A DNA stretch of 64,000 nt from a bacterium (GTDB lineage Bacteria; SM23-31). The stretch's first letter is position 1. Every line of letters starts with the position of its first letter. The notes under the pieces are model-generated. The model saw only the letters and a program-made list of their open reading frames with translations. It ran no database searches and was not told the DNA's origin. The position numbers and the translations under genes were made by a program. This document shows positions 60,529 through 64,000 of the stretch, piece by piece. Location of the stretch: assembly GCA_965249485.1 (NCBI GenBank), contig OZ252239.1, positions 2,080,001-2,144,000 of the forward strand, in the 5' to 3' direction.

Positions 60529-62448
60529 TCATGAGTCAGATCCCGACATTTTTTTTAGAATAGCATCCAAACCCTTCATAGTATACAGCAATAGGACTAA
60601 CAGTATGATGCCGCAGCAGACCAGTATCATATTTTTCATGAGCGGACGGAACAAAAAGCTCATTGCAAAGACACGGGGGTAGACAGCATCCGTTTCCTGC
60701 AGAAATGTCATACTAATTGTTGAGCCTTTAGAAAAATCAAGCGGCATTGGTGCACTGACGTTTCCAAAACTAAACGGTGATCCTATAGCATGACAATCGT
60801 TGCAGCCTCTGATGCCCAATGATTGCTCTGCCGGTCTGACATCATGAGCAAATGCCCAGCTATACGGTTTCGCTGCAGGATGATCCTGTTGTATCAGAAT
60901 AGTAGAATTGGCGGCACTGAATATTTTGCCTCCACTAATGTAAACAGGTGTACCTTTCTCCGGATTAAGGGTATTCAGACTATCCAGAATGCCGATTATT
61001 TGTTTTTCTGAGAATTGCGGCCAGTTTCCTGTGCGTAATTGGGCGATGTTTGTGCTATCGGTCAATGTGTCCTGTATAATGAATGCCAAGGCGATATTTT
61101 GAACCTCATCAAGAAGAATAGGATTATTGATAGTATCTCCATTTTTAAATGCCCAGAATGAAGGCCACATCAACCTGTGCGGCGCAATTTTTCCATCATC
61201 GTCTTTGGCATAAACAGGAGATAGAATATACGGGACAACATCATCTCCCTTTTTTACACCATATGTTCCTAACGCATGCGTTCTGCTTAACTTGACTCTC
61301 TGGGCATTTTCGGTTGGCCAGGGGCCAGAATGACACGCAGTGCATGAAAGTTTTTCAAAATGTATTACTGGGAGACCTTTATGTGCAGGATAAGGCGCTC
61401 CAAGCCTGCCGGCTTGTGGAACGTCAGATTCGTTATCCCGAATATGACATCCAGCACATGAATAGGAAGCAGCCTCAGCTTTGTCTGTACTTTCAGCTTC
61501 CCACTCATAACCTCTTGTCATTGAATGATCAAGACCATTGCGGTGACAATCCACACAGTTCATTCCGGAAGCAATATGTACATCTTCATCCAATTCCCAT
61601 CTTTCTGCCTGAGTTTCATTAACAGCTTTAGTCGAATGGCAGAAATAGCATCGTTGATTGGGAGCTTTTCTGGTTATATCGAAAAGGATTTTACCCTGAC
61701 TATTAAACCTGCTTTTATCATATTCGATTGTTGGCGGAATCGCATCGCCCAGATCGGGAGCAGTGCCGGAATAAATGTCATAGTTATCAGGCATTGCTTT
61801 TGCTGAGCCTCGAACAGATGAAAAACCACTTGTTGCAGCCGCGGCCCACCGATAGTTTTGCTGCCTTATTTGTTGTTCATATTCAGATTGATCATGTCCC
61901 GGATCGGCATCATGACAACTCAGACAGTTAATTTCCGCTTTTCCCGAAACCAGCCATCGAAAATATGTATCAACTGATTCTGTAGAATCATTTTCACTTA
62001 TTCCGCCGCCATTGAGATGCCTCCCGAATTTCTGGGTAAAAAGGAAGGGTGAAAGCCCAATAGTTTCGGGTTTAAATGTTCCCTTCCAACCTCGATGAGA
62101 AAGTGGTATCTGCGTAGCGCTGATTGGATCAACAAATACCCAGGGTTCTCCGCGTCGACCAGAAAATATGGTAGGATCTGGTGCATTAAAATGCCAGCCG
62201 CTGCTGATTTGAGCATAATCATGACACTCCAGACAGCTCTGTTTAGTTGAAAAGGGCATAGGGACACTGTCGTCAGGTCTGATCAATGAGCCATTTTCAT
62301 CTAATAGATCAAGAATATGAACAGGGTGTGACCGGTTACCGTCACTGATGTCACCGAGTTTTGGCTCTTGTGCAAAGCCGGATTTTACCAAAATGAGGAG
62401 AATTATTCCTATGAATAAAATCGATTGGAGATTAATAGAATTAGTCAT
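60529..62448 (-). CDS. membrane-anchored heptaheme cytochrome c
   Basis: Seven CxxCH: CLECH, CLSCH, CYFCH, CVDCH, CAGCH, CTACH, CNDCH. N-terminal signal peptide and C-terminal TM helix. Confidence 0.92.
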   Translation of the reverse strand: MTNSINLQSILFIGIILLILVKSGFAQEPKLGDISDGNRSHPVHILDLLDENGSLIRPDDSVPMPFSTKQSCLECHDYAQISSGWHFNAPDPTIFSGRRGEPWVFVDPISATQIPLSHRGWKGTFKPETIGLSPFLFTQKFGRHLNGGGISENDSTESVDTYFRWLVSGKAEINCLSCHDADPGHDQSEYEQQIRQQNYRWAAAATSGFSSVRGSAKAMPDNYDIYSGTAPDLGDAIPPTIEYDKSRFNSQGKILFDITRKAPNQRCYFCHSTKAVNETQAERWELDEDVHIASGMNCVDCHRNGLDHSMTRGYEWEAESTDKAEAASYSCAGCHIRDNESDVPQAGRLGAPYPAHKGLPVIHFEKLSCTACHSGPWPTENAQRVKLSRTHALGTYGVKKGDDVVPYILSPVYAKDDDGKIAPHRLMWPSFWAFKNGDTINNPILLDEVQNIALAFIIQDTLTDSTNIAQLRTGNWPQFSEKQIIGILDSLNTLNPEKGTPVYISGGKIFSAANSTILIQQDHPAAKPYSWAFAHDVRPAEQSLGIRGCNDCHAIGSPFSFGNVSAPMPLDFSKGSTISMTFLQETDAVYPRVFAMSFLFRPLMKNMILVCCGIILLVLLLYTMKGLDAILKKMSGSDS

Positions 62449-62481
62449 AGAGAAGGTCTGCAGATATTCTAATTTCCAGTT

Positions 62482-63825
62482 TTACACAGTGAATTCATTC
62501 TTTTTGAACAAGAGTTTTCTATTTGATTCAACCGCTTGATTCACCTTTAAGACAGTAACTGCAGTTTCATATCCAATTTCAGCAGGACAGTTTAGTTTCT
62601 CTCTGCCCTGCACAGCATTGAAAAAATTTTCCAGATGAGGTTTATGATATGGATCGTTAAACTCTATTGGCAATCCATGTTGCGATGGTGCGATCGTTTC
62701 CCGAACATCCAGCACCAAATTCTCATCGAGTAATTTTTCTTCTACTGGTGCATTTAAATAGCCTAATTCAACCCATTTGGTCCAATCAGGCGCTGTCGGT
62801 TCACGATATATTCCACCTCTTCCCGCAGATTCAGAAATATTTAAAGTTCCTTGATCTCCCATGAAGGTTTCGTAATACCCCTGACTGCTATTTGTAGTAA
62901 GTGTTTGATAAAATGCCCTGACAACTTCGTCATTTGATTGAAATTCATATATAGCCATGACTGTATCGTACCATTCGTGGGTTTTTTTATCATAATAATC
63001 GGTGCCGCCGCTTGCAACAACTGAGATTGGCACAGCATCTAAAAACCAGGTAAATATATCGATCTGATGAGAGCCTAAATCAACAATCGGACCGCCACCA
63101 AGAGCTCGATACCACCGCCAGTTGCGGAATTGATCCATCGATTCAAATCCATATTTTCTTAATACAGACGGGGGAACGGGATATTTTTTTGGCCATCCCA
63201 AATCGGGTTGAACTGACCGGTTCCATTGAGCATTTATTGCTGTGAGCCGGCCGAGGAGTCCGGTTTCTTTTATGATTTTATCTTTACAATGTATATATCT
63301 CGGATTACTTCTTCGCTGATGCCCGATCTGAAGCAGTTTTCCTGTTTCACGGGATGCCAGCACCATTTCGCGGGCTTTTTCCAGAGAATTGGACATTTCT
63401 TTTTCGCAATACACATGGAGTCCTGCCCTCAGACAGTCAATAGTCTGCTCAGCATGCCAGAAATCAGGTGAAGCGATAAGAACGGCATCGATATCGTTTT
63501 CCTGTGACAGCATGTCTCGATAATTTTCATATCCGTTGAGCTCGTGACCATATTTTCTGAGTAGTCCGACCGCCCTTTTCAGGTTGAAATCTGTCCAAAT
63601 ATCGCATACTGCTTTAAATCGTATCCCCGGAATCTTAAGACAAGCGATAAGTAAAACCTGTCCCTGTGCACCGGCACCTATGAGTGCTATATTCAGATCG
63701 TCTGATTGTTGTACAGTCTCCTGAGCATGCCCCATTCGGGTCATCAATAAACCTGCACCTGCTGCTGCACTGTATTCAAGAAATTTGCGTCTATCAATGC
63801 CATTTTTATTCTTATGATCTTTCAT
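62482..63825 (-). CDS. Tat-exported Gfo/Idh/MocA family oxidoreductase
   Basis: DRRKFL; LIGAGAQG; ASPDFWH; YCEKEM; QIGHQRRS; NWRWY..GGG..DLGSHQID. Confidence 0.92.
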   Translation of the reverse strand: MKDHKNKNGIDRRKFLEYSAAAGAGLLMTRMGHAQETVQQSDDLNIALIGAGAQGQVLLIACLKIPGIRFKAVCDIWTDFNLKRAVGLLRKYGHELNGYENYRDMLSQENDIDAVLIASPDFWHAEQTIDCLRAGLHVYCEKEMSNSLEKAREMVLASRETGKLLQIGHQRRSNPRYIHCKDKIIKETGLLGRLTAINAQWNRSVQPDLGWPKKYPVPPSVLRKYGFESMDQFRNWRWYRALGGGPIVDLGSHQIDIFTWFLDAVPISVVASGGTDYYDKKTHEWYDTVMAIYEFQSNDEVVRAFYQTLTTNSSQGYYETFMGDQGTLNISESAGRGGIYREPTAPDWTKWVELGYLNAPVEEKLLDENLVLDVRETIAPSQHGLPIEFNDPYHKPHLENFFNAVQGREKLNCPAEIGYETAVTVLKVNQAVESNRKLLFKKNEFTV

Positions 63826-63862
63826 TATATTTACAAAGTCCTTTGAGTAAAATAAATGTTAT

Positions 63863-64000
63863 TCAAAGTTTCTTGATTTTCATGTTTCGAAACCAGACGG
63901 GCTGACCATGGTCCTGAAATCCAATATATCCTTTTCGCGGCATGTTTTTGTAGGCGGTATTAAACTTGTTTGACGTACCATCGGGATTCCTATGTGGTTC
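63863..64000 (-). CDS. DUF1080 family protein, C-terminal end only
   Basis: Own translation: EPHRNPDGTSNKFNTAYKNMPRKGYIGFQDHGQPVWFRNMKIKKL*. The G.I..QDHG..V.FRN..I pattern is the DUF1080 C-terminus. Confidence 0.85.
   Translation of the reverse strand, partial: EPHRNPDGTSNKFNTAYKNMPRKGYIGFQDHGQPVWFRNMKIKKL

Noticed and set aside
243..63905. Numerous 60-230 aa ORFs antisense to or nested in the long genes
   Set aside because: They have no motifs or RBS and are explained as shadows of well-supported CDSs.
1..64000. CRISPR array, IS/transposase, integrase, prophage or rRNA
   Set aside because: No regularly spaced repeats and no recognisable Cas, transposase, recombinase, phage or rRNA signatures were seen.

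Overview
AT-rich bacterial window dominated by exported catabolic proteins. A SusC/SusD pair combined with clear Shine-Dalgarno sites and a TTGACA/TATAAT promoter suggests an FCB-group organism outside Bacteroidota; this is inference only. Contents: five M24 (pita-bread) peptidase-like paralogs plus several orphan M24 3' ends; a BNR/VPS10 beta-propeller protein; a DtxR/MntR-feoA-split feoB operon with a candidate operator; tRNA-Ala(CGC); an amidinotransferase; two aldo/keto reductases; two DUF3179 proteins; two Tat Gfo/Idh/MocA oxidoreductases; two closely related Tat-lipoprotein mannonate-dehydratase-like genes; an M28 peptidase; a DUF5916 protein; an orphan pseudopilin; susC-susD behind a 600-nt leader; and many frameshifted or truncated relics. 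The strongest candidate for an undescribed system is the tight minus-strand operon at 54900-64000: DUF1080, Tat Gfo/Idh/MocA, 7-heme cytochrome c, cytochrome b-like membrane protein, secreted F5/8-like protein, TIGR03663 GT-C protein, ApbE flavin transferase, GT2, DUF1080. It appears to join periplasmic 3-keto-glycoside chemistry to a flavin/heme/quinone electron path and to lipid-linked glycosylation. All family calls come from motif recognition by eye; no database searches were run.
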